In this document: positions 13,560 to 26,000 of the stretch, piece after piece
Numbering within the stretch: the first letter of the stretch is position 1
Layout of the letters: each line of letters opens with the position of its first letter
NCBI GenBank assembly: GCA_036785375.1
Contig: JAWMAR010000541.1
Span: 496,001-560,000 of the forward strand
DNA: 64,000 bases
From: Leucoraja ocellata
Taxonomy: Eukaryota
Reading direction: 5' to 3'
The notes under the pieces: model-generated
What the model saw: only the letters and a program-made list of their open reading frames with translations
Told to the model about the DNA's origin: nothing
Databases searched by the model: none
Made by a program: the position numbers and the translations under genes

Positions 13560-13860
13560 GGGTCACAGCTTAAGGATAAGGGGGAAATCCTTTAAAACCG
13601 AGATGAGAAGAACTTTTTTCACACAGAGAGTGGTGAATCTCTGGAACTCTCTGCCACAGAGGGTAGTTGAGGCCAGTTCATTGGCTATATTTAAGAGGGA
13701 GTTAGATGTGACCCTTGTGGCTAAGGGGATCAGGGGGTATGGAGAGAAGGCAGGTACGGGATACTGAGTTGGATGATCAGCCATGATCATATTGAATGGC
13801 GATGCAGGCTCGAAGGGCCGAATGGCCTACTCCTGCACCTAATTCCTATGTTTCTATGTT
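13560..13860 (+). mobile_element. CR1 3'-end fragment, same family as 7265-9124
   Basis: Near-identical to the 3' 300 bp of the 7265-9124 copy. Similar short copies lie at ~57624-57810 (-) and ~61102-61325 (-). Confidence 0.88.
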
Positions 13861-14119
13861 ACACTGAAGATAGAGACAAAATACTGGAGTACTTTTCTCC
13901 AGAGATGCTGTCTGACCCACTGAGTTACTCCAACATTTTGTGTCTGTCTGATTGGTAGGTGAATACAGGTGAGGGTTAGTTTTTATTGTCAAATGTTTAG
14001 ACAAAGGCAAGAGACAAGAAAATAAAAAGTCTGAGAAGAATATAAGGGTAGAAGAGGCATGAAATGTGAAGCCAGAGGAAAGAACAAAAGTGGGCCAAAC
14101 TCAACAATATTAGACTGAC

Positions 14120-14265
14120 GGTACACAAAAAAGCTGGAGAAACTCAGCGGGTGCAGCAGCATCTATGGAGCAAAGGAAGTAGGCAACGTTTCGGGCCGAA
14201 ACCCTTCTTCAGTCTGAAGTTTGTGTACCTTCGATTTTCCAGCACCTGCAGTTCCTTCTTGAACA
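14120..14265. mobile_element. Penelope-derived inverted pLTR insertion, internally deleted
   Basis: Starts GGTACACAAAA and ends GAACA, exactly like 62035-62268. Target duplication ATATTAGACTGAC. Confidence 0.82.
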
Positions 14266-14602
14266 ATATTAGACTGACATTGACCCACTTTAGCCGACAA
14301 CTGATGACGACTCTCTGTTCCCTCGTCTCACTGGGTGAGGGTGGGAATAGGGCGGAGTCAATGTTGTGCAAATCAGTAGATTGTTTTGTTCGAACAAATA
14401 CGGAACTGCAGATGCCTGTTTACCAAAGAAAGATACACAGGGCTGGAGTAACGCAGTGGGTCAGGCTGCATCCGTGGAGAACGTGGACATGTGATGTTTC
14501 GGGTCGGGATCGTTCTCCAGACTGATTACGGGGGCGGGGGGGGGGGAGCTGGAGTAGAATTATTTTGTTAAACCAGTTTCTAACAGGGTTGAACCTCATC
14601 CT

Positions 14603-14681
14603 GGGACTTTCCCGTTTTCACTTCCTTGCTTCTATTTAAAGGTTCTCTCACCAGCATAATGTATATTGCTGATTGGCCAAT
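14603..14681. promoter_or_regulatory. Candidate upstream immune enhancer: NF-kB site + ISRE/EICE + Y box
   Basis: GGGACTTTCC (14603-14612), GTTTTCACTTCC (14614-14625; minus strand GGAAGTGAAAAC) and CTGATTGGCC (14669-14678), in an apparently non-repeat island between transposon remnants. Confidence 0.55.
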
Positions 14682-16156
14682 AGTACGCTTGGTTTGTGCA
14701 CGGAAGGTGCCTTCATTTGATGCTTCTCAACCTTCAACCAGTAGACTGGGAGTAGCTAAAGACATGTCAGCTATTTCCCACACCTCTGTTCTCATCCCCA
14801 CAGCAACCCCCCACATACTCACGCACACAACCCCCCTCCCCCACCTTCTGGATTGACTCAGGATACTTCTCCTAGCCCATGCCTTCCATTCCACCAGTCT
14901 CCACCTACACACATCATCCTTCACAATTTTCACCAGCTCCAGCAAGATTCCTCCACCAGACACAACTTCCCATTTCCTCTGCCTTCAGTAATTCAATGGG
15001 ACCATTCACCACCACTCCCTGCTCCATCCTTCCATCCACTAATCACTCCGTGATTTATAGCAGTTCCCATACAAATGCAGGGATCCTTTCACCTCTTTCC
15101 TCCCCACCGCCCAGATACCAGCAGTGATTGACTAGCACTTATCATTACAGAGATACAGCACAGACACAGGCCCTTCAGCCCACCAAGCCCACAATGATCT
15201 GTTTTCACATTCAATTATTAACTAGGGGCAAGTTACAGTGGATAATTAACCCACATTATTGAGGATGTGGGAGGAAAGAAGAGTAACCAGAGGAACCCAC
15301 ACAGTCCCAGGGACAACGTGTAAACTCTCCACGGATATTTGAGGTCAGGATGGAACCGAGGTCGCCGGCTCTGGGCAGCATCTACTGGGCAGCACTATTG
15401 GCCACTTCTCATTGAGTTACCTCATTATTCCAATCTAGCGAACTCCATTAATGTTCACAGTGTGGTCTATTCTATAGTGGACAAGACAAACAGATTGGTA
15501 AATGGCTTGGCAGAAAACCTGTGTTTAGTCCGTGGATTTTGAGCTCCGTGTTGCTTGTTGCTTCAATTCCCCACTCCAGCCTGACCGTTCTGTCTGTGTG
15601 TGTCTACACTGTTACAGCCAGGCCCAACACACGCATCAATGCCTCATCTTCTGTCTGGGCAATTACAGACTTCTGGACTCAATATTGAATTCTTCCACTT
15701 GAGGTATCTCATTCTTTACTTCTGTGATTCTGGCTGTGTGTTTCTCTCTCCATTAATGTTGACCTGACATCAGGTCAGTAAAGTGTTCATGAGCCTGAGA
15801 CCCGTGAGCTCCAGGTTCAAGAGCACCTTCTGCGTAACAATAATCAGGCTCTTGAACCACACTGCACAACACTGACCACAATTAACCATTCTTGACTCTC
15901 CTGAAACTGTTTATTTCTCTATAGATGCTGTCCGACCTGTTGAACAAACACAATGAACCTAGTTCTCGCTCACAACTCAGCGACGGGAGGGGGAAGTGAA
16001 TCTAAACGCGTAAACTATTCAGTTCAACGCCAGTCAACAAATATCTTCGCCTCGAATCATCTCGACTGACAGCAGCGCCTCCTCTCGCCACAATCCTGCC
16101 TCCATGCGGCAAGTTCAAGGCTTGGTGAAATTTAGAGCAAGTTTGTGTGTAGTTCA

Positions 16157-16200
16157 CCTGGAAACTGCTGTCGCGTACGAATCCCAGCTGGTGATTGGCT
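16157..16200 (+). promoter_or_regulatory. MHC class II X1 - Y promoter module (RFX / NF-Y, CIITA enhanceosome)
   Basis: X1-like CCTGGAAACTGCTG (16157-16170) and Y box GTGATTGGCT (16191-16200) are separated by exactly 20 bp, the canonical class II spacing, about 160 bp upstream of the ATG. S and X2 boxes are not clearly recognisable. Confidence 0.8.
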
Positions 16201-16362
16201 CATCGGCCCTCAGTCGCATGTCAGTTATAGACAGATCTATCAGAAAGTGAGTGAGATAGAAACTTGGCTTCAGAGAGAAACCGGCGCCACATTGAGCGGA
16301 GCTGCTGCTGGTGCTGGTGTTGGCGAGGAGACGTCGATATTGTGGGACAAGGGAGATCGAAC

Positions 16363-16426
16363 ATGGGAGCTGTTTACTTGTCTATGTTAGCGATGGCTAT
16401 AATATGCGGAGCCCGGGCTGGAAAGT
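16363..16426 (+). CDS. MHC class II alpha exon 1 (signal peptide [21 protein letters not shown])
   Basis: ATG at 16363 in good Kozak context (AACATGG), hydrophobic leader with an A-x-A cleavage motif, and donor T|GTAAGT at 16427. Phase 1 joins to exon 2 as TAC (Tyr). Lies about 160 bp after the X1/Y promoter. Not in the ORF track. Confidence 0.88.
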
Positions 16427-17052
16427 GTAAGTAATTCAATTATAACATTTAACAGAAATTGACGTCGGAACTCTCGGGATTAGCTGGTGTTATAATGAGT
16501 ACACAAGAATAATTCTGTTCTCACTTGGGTCTATTGTAACTGCAGAAAGATACAACATATTGGAGAAACTCAGTCTGAAGAAGTGTCCCGGCCCGAAATG
16601 TCACCTGTTGATGTTCTCCAGTGATCCTGTCTGATTCGCTAAACGATTCTATCATGTTGTGTTCTTTGGTGACCCAGCTTGTGCAGTTCCTTCATTCTCT
16701 ATTATAACTGGGGTCTGTCTTGGTCTCAGGATGTCTTATTTTCACAATGCTAAAGTAACCCTCACCTCGCTGATGTCTCTCGGGGAGTACAGTCCGGGTC
16801 ACACGATCCTCGCGGTGTCTCTAGAATCCCGAGCTCACTCCCTTTATATGGAAACGTTGCTGGTCTGAGTTTGTACTGGATTGATCCAGGGAATTTGAGA
16901 CGTCTGTTCCGAGTGAAGGAACAGTCTGTGACCGGATGGGAGTGGGAGCGGGGAGAAAGCCGGGAGTGACGGGGAGGCAGCGAGGGTCGGTGAAGATCTC
17001 TTCCGCCCGATAAACCCTGGGAGTGGTGGGAGTGAATTGAAGAGGAGACTGT

Positions 17053-17084
<32 letters not shown>

Positions 17085-20000
17085 GGTTGGGGAGAGGTCG
17101 GGGTAGGGGGTTACATTGACTGCCAGAAATTGGCTGGCCGGTGTTTAGGGTGAATGGTAGGTAGGATGCAATGGATCTGAGGAGGATATTTTTCCACCCG
17201 GAGAGTCGTTGGCATCTCGCCCTGCACCGGTCTTACATCTGCAAGTTATTGGTGACAGACTTTATCTTCATGTGGAAAGGCAGGTTGAATAGGAATAGTC
17301 GTCATAGGTTTGATCATGGGAAATCCTGCCTCACTAGTTCGTATGAGCCCCATTGTTCAGCTCTTTGCTCCCCCCTAGATATAGAATACCTGAAGAAGGG
17401 TTTCGGCCCGAAACGTTGCCTATTTCCTTCGCTTCATAAATGCTGCTGCACCCGCTGAGTTTCTCCAGCACTTTTGTGTACCTTCGATTTTCCAGCATCT
17501 GCAGTTCTTTCTTAAACACAAATATAGAGTTCCCCGGGACCACGCCTTTCATGCCACTGGCTCCACATCCAACAAATCATTCTCCAACATTCCCACTGCC
17601 TTCAACATGATCCAATGCCCAGTCACATATTCCGATCGCCACCCATTTCTGCTTTCTACCGAGACCGCTCCCTCGGCAACTCCTTGGATCACTCATTCCT
17701 TCCCACCCACTCTCCAGGATAAGCCATTATCCCCATTAACCGCCGGATAAGAATCACTTAGCCCTCTAACTCCACCCAGGGTCCACAGCAGCCCTTCGAG
17801 ATGAGACAGAGGTTGACGAGCACCTCTTCAAACCGCGTCTATTACAATCAGTGCTCCCGGTGTGACCTCCTTTGCTTCGGCAAAGCCGAGCATAGACCAG
17901 GCAACCATTTTGCTGAACACTTGCACTCGATCTGCCACGGCCGGCAGGAACTCCCAGTTGCTAACCATTTTGACTCCCATTCTCGAATCACCAATTTCCT
18001 TTTATCCCCCTGTTTCTCTTCCCCCTAACCCCATTCCACTCATATCCCGCCCTCTGGCTTTACATTTCACTCCTCTCCTCTGACATATGTTTTACTCCTT
18101 CATTCATATGGCAACCACCCCCTGCACCTGTATCCACCGATCACTTTGACAGGTTTTGTCCTGCCCCACCCGTTTTTCAGCTTTCTCTCTCCACTACAAT
18201 CAGTCTGAAGACTGGTTTTGGAATTGTTCAACATTAGGATCATAGTTTAATATCTGTATATATATATATTTTTTTTTAAATCAGTATTTATTCTGTTTAA
18301 TATTTGGGTTGATCAGTTCAATGTTGCAGTTTATTCATGTTCAATATCAGTGTGTGTGTGTGTCTTTGCTCCACACTGATCTCACTGTCATACATTTCCT
18401 TCACCTTGGAGAAAATTGATGCAAAGTATTCATTTATTACCTCTCCTACATCCCCAGACTCCAAGCACAAATGCTGGAGTAACTCAGCGGGCCAGGCAAT
18501 GGGTGACGTTTCGGGTCGAGACCCTTCCTCAGACTGATGTCAGGGGAGTGTGCGGGACAGAGATGTAATGTAGTCGGAGACAGTAAGACTGGTGGGAGAA
18601 ATGAGAAGGGGGAGGGGGGAAGTAAGGGCTATTTGAAGTTAGAGAAGTCAATGTTCTTACCACTACTCAAGCAAAATATGAAATGCTGTTCCTCCAATTT
18701 GCGCTGGACCTCACTCTGACAATGGAGGATGCCCAGGACACCAGGAGTTTGTAGTTTGTAGTTTGCCTTTCTCCAGTTTGCTACATTCCACAAGGTCCGG
18801 CCCTCTCCCTATTCAAAACAATCTTAAAACTTATGAATAGACACAAAATTCTCAGTAACTCGGCAGGTCAGGCAGTATCTTTGGTGAAAGTGTATAGGTA
18901 ATGTTTTGGGTTGGGCCTGAAACATTATTTATCCATTTTCTCCAGAGGTGCTGCCTGTCCCGCTGAGCTACTCCAGCACTTTGTGTCTAACCAGCATCTG
19001 CAGTTCCTTTGATTAAAACTGGCACTGGAGAGGCAACACACCACCCTTAAGTCCCATTTATTGCCACTGAATCTCCTGTCCGTACCCCTAACTAACGAGT
19101 CTCCTATCACGATGGATCTGTCTGACTGTTCCCTTCCCTGCCTCAGAGCCAGGCCTGACACTGCAGACCAGACCACAGCTGCTGCTCCCCCACACCAGTG
19201 GTGGAGGGGAATGGCCCTCTCTGCCTACTCCCTTTCCTGGTGGTCACCCATCAGGTGAAACCCAGTTAAGGGATTCATTTTTTTTACTATTCTGGGTTTA
19301 ATATTGTGGAACTTGTGTTTAATAACAACAAGTATAAATATTAAATCATGTTCATAAGTTCTAGGAGGAGAATTAGGCCATTCGGCCTATCAAGTCTACT
19401 TAAGTAATTTAATGACGGCTGATCTATTGTTCCTTCACAACCCCATTCTCCTGCCTTCTCACCATAATGCCTGACCCCTGTACTAATCAAGAATCTGTCC
19501 ATCTCCACCATAAAAAGCTCAATTGACTTGGCTCAGCTGATCGTGATAATGAATTCCACAGATTCACCACCCTGACTAAAAAAATTCTCCTCCTCCTTCC
19601 TAAAGCAATGTCTTTTTATTTTGAGGCTATGCCCTCTGGTCCTCTAAATCATATTTATATTTGTAACATTACACAGGATCCATAGTGAGGATCCCACACA
19701 ACAATGCTCAACACTTCTGCTCTGCAAGGATGTGATCTCGTCCCTTAACAGAGTCCTTATTCATTCACGACTGTGCCAAATCTGGTTCCGATTTGACTTA
19801 CAAGTTTGCAAATGACACCTCTGTAGTGGGCCAGATCTCAAGCAATGACAGCATGGTGTAATGAAAGATAGAGAGCTTGGTAACATGGTGTCAAGACAAC
19901 ATTGATGTTAGCAAGGCAGGAGCCAGTTATTGACTTCAGGAACGGGAGTCAAGGGTTATGGGGGGGAAGGCAGGAAAATGGGATTAGGAGGCATGATTGA

Positions 20001-23000
20001 ATGGTGGAGTAGACTCAATGGACCGAATGGCCTAATTCTACTCCTATAACCGGTGAAGCATGGCCCCGCCACATCAATGGTGCTGAAGTGGAGATGGTTG
20101 AGAGTTTCAGGAGCCTAGACATAAATATCACCAACAATTTGTCCTAGACCAACCCACAGCCACGAATGTACACCAAATCCCTCATACTACATACTTGCTC
20201 AGAAAATGAAAGATTTTTGGCATGTCCACAATAACTCACCAATTCTACAGATGCAGTGTTGGGATGCATTACAGCTCGGTACGGCAACTGTTGGCCCAAG
20301 ATTGCAGACAGTCGTGAATAAAGCCCAGCCTTCCAACACCCACCTCCACCCCCATCAACACCATTTACAATTCATGCTGTCTCGGGAAAGCAGCCAACAA
20401 AATCAAGAAACACTCACACTGTTGTTCCCTCTTCTCCCCTCTCCCATCAGACAGAATATATCATAGAAACACAGAAAATAGGTGCAGGAGGCGGCCATTT
20501 GGCCCTTCGAGCACACACCTCTTTAGTCTTTGGTGAATCTGTGGAATTCTTTGCCACAGACGGCAAATGGATACTTTTAAGGTAGAGATTGATCAATGGT
20601 TATGGGGAAAAGGTATGAGAATGGGGTTGAGAGGGAAAGATATATCAGCCATGATTGAATGGCGGAGTAGGCTTGATGGGCCAAATGGCCTAATTCTGCT
20701 CCTTCAAATTAAGAACAAAGCTTGAAAGTACATATCACTCGATTCAGGAATAGCTTTTCCGCTACTGAATGTCCCTCTCGTAAGCTTAGGATCTTCCAAT
20801 GTACCTCATTGCAGCCCTTGCACTTCACACCTCCTTCCTCCCTCTTGCCACCTCCCTTCTCATCCCCTCTCACCTCCTCTCTCCTCTGTCTCTCTCACCC
20901 CTCCCCTCTCCCCACATCACTCCCCCCTCCCCCTCTTACTGCCCCACCTCTCCACTCTTGCTCCGTCACCCCCTCCCTCCTCATTTACCCCCCTCCCCTC
21001 TCACTCTCTTCCCCCTCACTCTATCACTGCCCCATCAACTACCCTCCTCACCTTCCTTTACCCTCCTGCCCGCCCTACTCGGCCCTCCCCTTCTCCATTC
21101 TCTCTTTACCCTACTGCCTGCCCTACCCATATTCCTACCCCCTTTCCCTTGTCTTCCCTCTACTCCCAAACACCCTCTCCTCACTCCCCACTTCTACACC
21201 ACATTATCACACGCCTCCACCCCATCCTGCACTCCTCCCCTCCCCTCAGCCCCCCTTCTCCCCACCCCTACACACTATCTTGTCCCTCTACCTCCTCTCC
21301 CTCCACTACCACTCCCCCACTCCCCAAACCAGAGGACTGGGAGAGATTTAGAATTCAACAGAGGAGGGCAAAGGGGTTAATTAAGAGAGGGAAATAGAGT
21401 ATGAAAGAAAGCTTGCAGGGAATATAAAAACTGACTGTAAAAGTTCCTATAGATATGTAAAAAGGAAAAGATTAGTGATGACAAATGTAGGTCCCTTACA
21501 GTCAGAAACAGGTGAATTTATAATAAGAAACAAGGAAATGGTAGGCCAGTTAAATAAATACTTTGGTTCTGTCTTCACGAAGGAAGGCACAAACAATCTC
21601 CCAGAAATACTAGGGGACCGAGGATCTAGTGGGAGGGAGGAACTAAAGTAAATTCACATTAGTCAGGAAATGGTTTAGTTTAGTTTAGTTTAGAGATAGA
21701 GCATAGAAACAGGCCCTTCGGCCCACTGGGTCCGTCCAACCAGCGATCCCCGCACATTAACACCATCCTACACCCTCTTGGGACAATTTTACATTTACCA
21801 AGCCAATTAACTTACAAACCTGTACTTCTTTGGAGTGTAGGAGGAAACTGAAGATCTCGGAGAAAACCCATGCAGGTCACGGTGAGAACGTACAAACTCC
21901 GTACAGGCAGAACCCATAGTCGGGATCGAACTAAGGTCTCCGGCGCTGCATTCGCTGTAGGGCAGCAACTCTACCGCTGCACCACCTTGACTAATGGTCT
22001 TAGGTAAACTGTTGGGACTGAAGGCAGGGACTAACATGTGGCACGGTGGCACAGCGGTAGAGTTGCTGCCTTACAGCAAATGCAGCGTCAGAGACTCGGG
22101 TTTGATCCCGATTACGGGTGCTGTCTGTACGGAGTTTGTATGTTCTCCCCCTGACCTGCGTGTTTAATTTTTCGAGATCTTCGGTTTCCTCCCACACTCC
22201 GAAGACGTTCAGGAGGGAGAGAGAAAATGGGGAATTTTACTTCGGAGTCACGTGAGTGACTATGTGAAGAAGACCCCGTCCAGCTGCACACGCGTCATAA
22301 CGTCAGACGCAGAGCGCAGCGACCAGTTGTAGAGGGGAAAAGCTCCTCTAGCAGTAAGTTTTAAAAAGCCTGAAGGTAAGTGCTTTCAATTTACTACAGG
22401 TCGCTTTCTTTGGGGAATAGACTTGTAGTTTGTATGATACAAGTTTATAATGGAGAAAGTGCGTAAAGGAAAGGGGAGGCATACCGCAAGCAAAACTCGG
22501 GTAGACCGCGGGTCTGCGAGTAGTGGGCGCCCGCTTAACGAGTCGGTGGCAGCGAGGCCATCGAATGCAGAAGCAGCATTGCAGAATGCAGAAGCCATTG
22601 AAAGTACCGTCGCAGCGCCGTTGGGGCGCAAGGCCAGCAAAATGTCTGTTCGGCCAGTGGACTCTGAGGAGTCAGACCCGGAGGGTTCCCCTCCTCAGGC
22701 AGACGTTATGTCTGCTCGGGTCACAAATTTAGAATGCCTCATGGAAAGTTATTTATCAGGACCCACTGCAGGAGGAGTACAGTCCGCGTTGGCCTACGGG
22801 AGAGCCAGCGCAGGCAGCGCCTGAAAAAGGTCCAGCTAGGCGTTGGCCTATAGGAGAGCCAGCGCCTGAAAGAGGGCTGCCTATGCGTGGGCCTATGGGA
22901 GAGCCCGTGCGGAGCGCGCCTGAAAGAGGGCTGCCTATGCGTTGGCCTACGGGAGGGCCCGCGCGGGGAGCGCCTATAAGAGGGTTTCCTATGCGTTGGC

Positions 23001-26000
23001 CTACGGGAGAGCACCTGAAGCAGGGATACCACATCGCCCCCAGCATGAGGAGGATTATTTCACGGGTCATTCGGATGACGAATCATATGAGGACCAGAGC
23101 CTAATAACAGAGCCTAAAATACCAGGCCTGGCCCAAATGTTTGCCATTCCCAGACTAACTGGGGAACCATTGGGGGATGAATTGGCAATGACAATAAATT
23201 ACTTGCTCTCCCATCAGCTCCAGGAACTCACTATGGACGAGGCTGCCAAAAAAATGAAACCCCGCAGAATTGTGCACGTTTAGCAGTCCCAGCAGTTAGT
23301 AATGTAATATGGGGCTATTTGGGTATTGCAGTACGCGGACAAGAAATGAAATTACAGCGGGTACTGAAGTTGCTGGGATCAGGCATCACAGCTTTCGCCA
23401 GAGGCTTGGATGAGGAGCACGTGTCTGTATCACAACAGGATGCCTTAGCACACATGTGTAATGCGCACTTTGAAATAAACCGTGTTCATAAAAGTGCTAT
23501 AAGGCCTAACATACACCCTAAGTTTGCGGGGTTCTGTGAACCAACTAATATTCAATTACCTAATCTGCTTTTTGGAGGGGATCTGGCCAAAAGAGTAAAA
23601 GACCTGAATGAAGAAGCAAAAACCGTGGGGATGATGAAGCCACCGGTGCTCGGCAGATCAAGTCGAAGGCAGTTTCCCTACCGATGTGGGGTGACTGGGG
23701 CCGGGGAAGGAACAAGTCGGTCCCTCCCGTATATGCGTTATTGGCACACTGCTTCTGGGACACGTGGAGGTTACAGTTTTCCCACTAGGAGCAGGGGACA
23801 ACATTTTTCACCAGCAAACCCCGAGGTAGATGGGTCTGGTCCTGATAGAAACATATTAAGTGTTTCACACTTACAAGTTGGAGGGAGGTTAAATTTCTTC
23901 CTAAAAGAATGGCAAGAAATAACATCTGATGCATTTGTACTGTGCAGTATAGTGGGGTTTAGAATTGAATTCTACCTAAATTTGGTTCCCCTACTAAGCA
24001 TGTTTCAAGCCGGACACGTATTTTCTCACAAGAAGAGAACAAGGAGATTCAGGCAGAACTTGAAAAATTGTGTAAAAAAGGGGTAATTGAGAATTCAGTT
24101 CGCCAATGCCACCAATTTGTGTCAAGTATTTTTCCTAGAGCAAAAAAGGATGGTGGGTGTAGAATCATTCTCGATCTGACGAGTCTTAACCCCTTTGTAC
24201 AGTATACACATTTTAAAATGGAGACATTTGCCAATGCTATACAGCTAATTTCGAGAAAATGCTATATGGCTAGCATAGATCTTCATGATGCATAATAATC
24301 TGTGCCTGTGCATGGTAATGATCGGAGATATTTAAAATTTAGCTGGATGAGTCAATTAAGGCAATTTAAAGCATTGCCTCATGTGTTAACCTCAGCTCCT
24401 AGATTATTTACCAAATTGTTAAAACAAGTCTTAGCGTCTACTAAGAGCTCAGGGCCATTTGGTAATGGCCTATTTGGATGATATTTTGATTGTGGGGGAC
24501 ACTCGTGCTACAGTGGAAGCCCGAGTGTCCCCCAATTTTCAATTCCAAGCCTCCTAGACCCAGGTATACATTAATCTGGAATGTAAGGGATTTGCTGATG
24601 CTCCTTCGTCAATGGACTCCTATTTCAGCTGTCTTTGGCCAAAGTTACCATGAAGGTAGTCATGCTCATGGCACTGGTTTCAGCACAGAGTGCAGACATT
24701 GCAGAAACTACGAATAGACAGGATGGAAATAGCTGCAGGTGCCATTACGTTCTATGTCTATGATTTGTTCAAACAGGTCACGGGGTGTAAGTTGCATTTT
24801 TCAGCATATCCTATGGATCCACGTCTATGTGTAGTGTCACATTTACGATATTACATTGAAGCCACCAGAATCTTAAGAGGGGAAGAATCAGCATTCTTTA
24901 TCAGCCATAAGAAGCCGCATAAGTAAGTGTCAGTTCAGACTATCTCAAGGTGGCTGAAGCAGATGCTGATTGATGCAGGTATTGATACTGACAAATTTAA
25001 ATCTCATTCCACCAGGGCTGCATCAACATCGGCAGCCAGGGATTTGGACGTCCTAATAGACCATATCCTTGGTGCCGTAGGATGGGCAAGTGAACGGATG
25101 TTTCACAAGTATTACAATAAGTCGATTACAAAACCTGGGATATTTGGTGGTGCTGTTTTGGATTAAGTTTTAAGTTTCCCCCTGGGATAAAGGGTTTACT
25201 ATTGTTTTTGTTGTGATAAATAAACCATTAACTGTTTGCATCAATGTTATGGTTATGCATTGTTGATTACTTTACTCATTCAGATTCAATCAGTGCAGTG
25301 AGACGCCTGGATTTGAATCTACGGCATGAAATCACAGAGCTTTAAAATCTTCATGTAGTCACTCACGTGACTCCGAAGTAAAATAGTAAGATTAAACGAG
25401 AACTTACCAGTTTGAAGTTTGATCTTTATTTTATGAGGAGTTATGATGAGGGACTACGTGCCCTCCGCTCCCACCCCTCATAAAGGTCATCTGGTAGTTC
25501 TAGTTTTCACATCTTACTATTATACTTAACCATATAACAATTACAGCACGGAAACAGGCCATCTCGGCCCTACAAGTCCGTGCCGAACAATTATTTTCCC
25601 TTAGTCCCACCTACCTGCACTCATACCATAACCCTCCATTCCCTTCTTATCCATATGCCTATCCAATTTATTTTTAAAATACTTCAGTCACTATTATTTG
25701 TGATTTCACACCGCTGCTTTGAAGATTGATGCGTGTGCGGCTGGACGGGGTCTTCTTCACGTAGTCCCTCATCGTAACTCCTCATAAAATAAAGATCAAA
25801 AATTTTTGTCTAGTTAAATGTAGTTGTTCGTGTATTTAATAGTGTTTTTAACTGTATATGTGGGGGGCGGGGGAAACTTAAAAAAAATCTCTTCCCTGCA
25901 CGGGAGACCCGACCTTTTCCCTGTCGGGTCTCCGTTGTTATTGGGGGGGGCCTAGCACCATGGAGTGGCCTCCAGCTGGAACAACCTGGAGGCTCCAGTC

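Noticed and set aside
1-16000. Head-to-head class II beta or B2M gene upstream
   Set aside because: I found no beta1, Ig-C1 or B2M-like exon on either strand in this interval. A partner gene may lie outside the window.
21950-22110. tRNA genes
   Set aside because: The A/B-box-like sequences are SINE heads followed by SINE body and tail, with no complete cloverleaf.
22784-23015. Repeat-spacer-like pattern (CCTATGCGTTGGCCTACGGGAG recurring)
   Set aside because: The intervening sequences are also related to each other. It is a degenerate tandem repeat inside the DIRS gag region.
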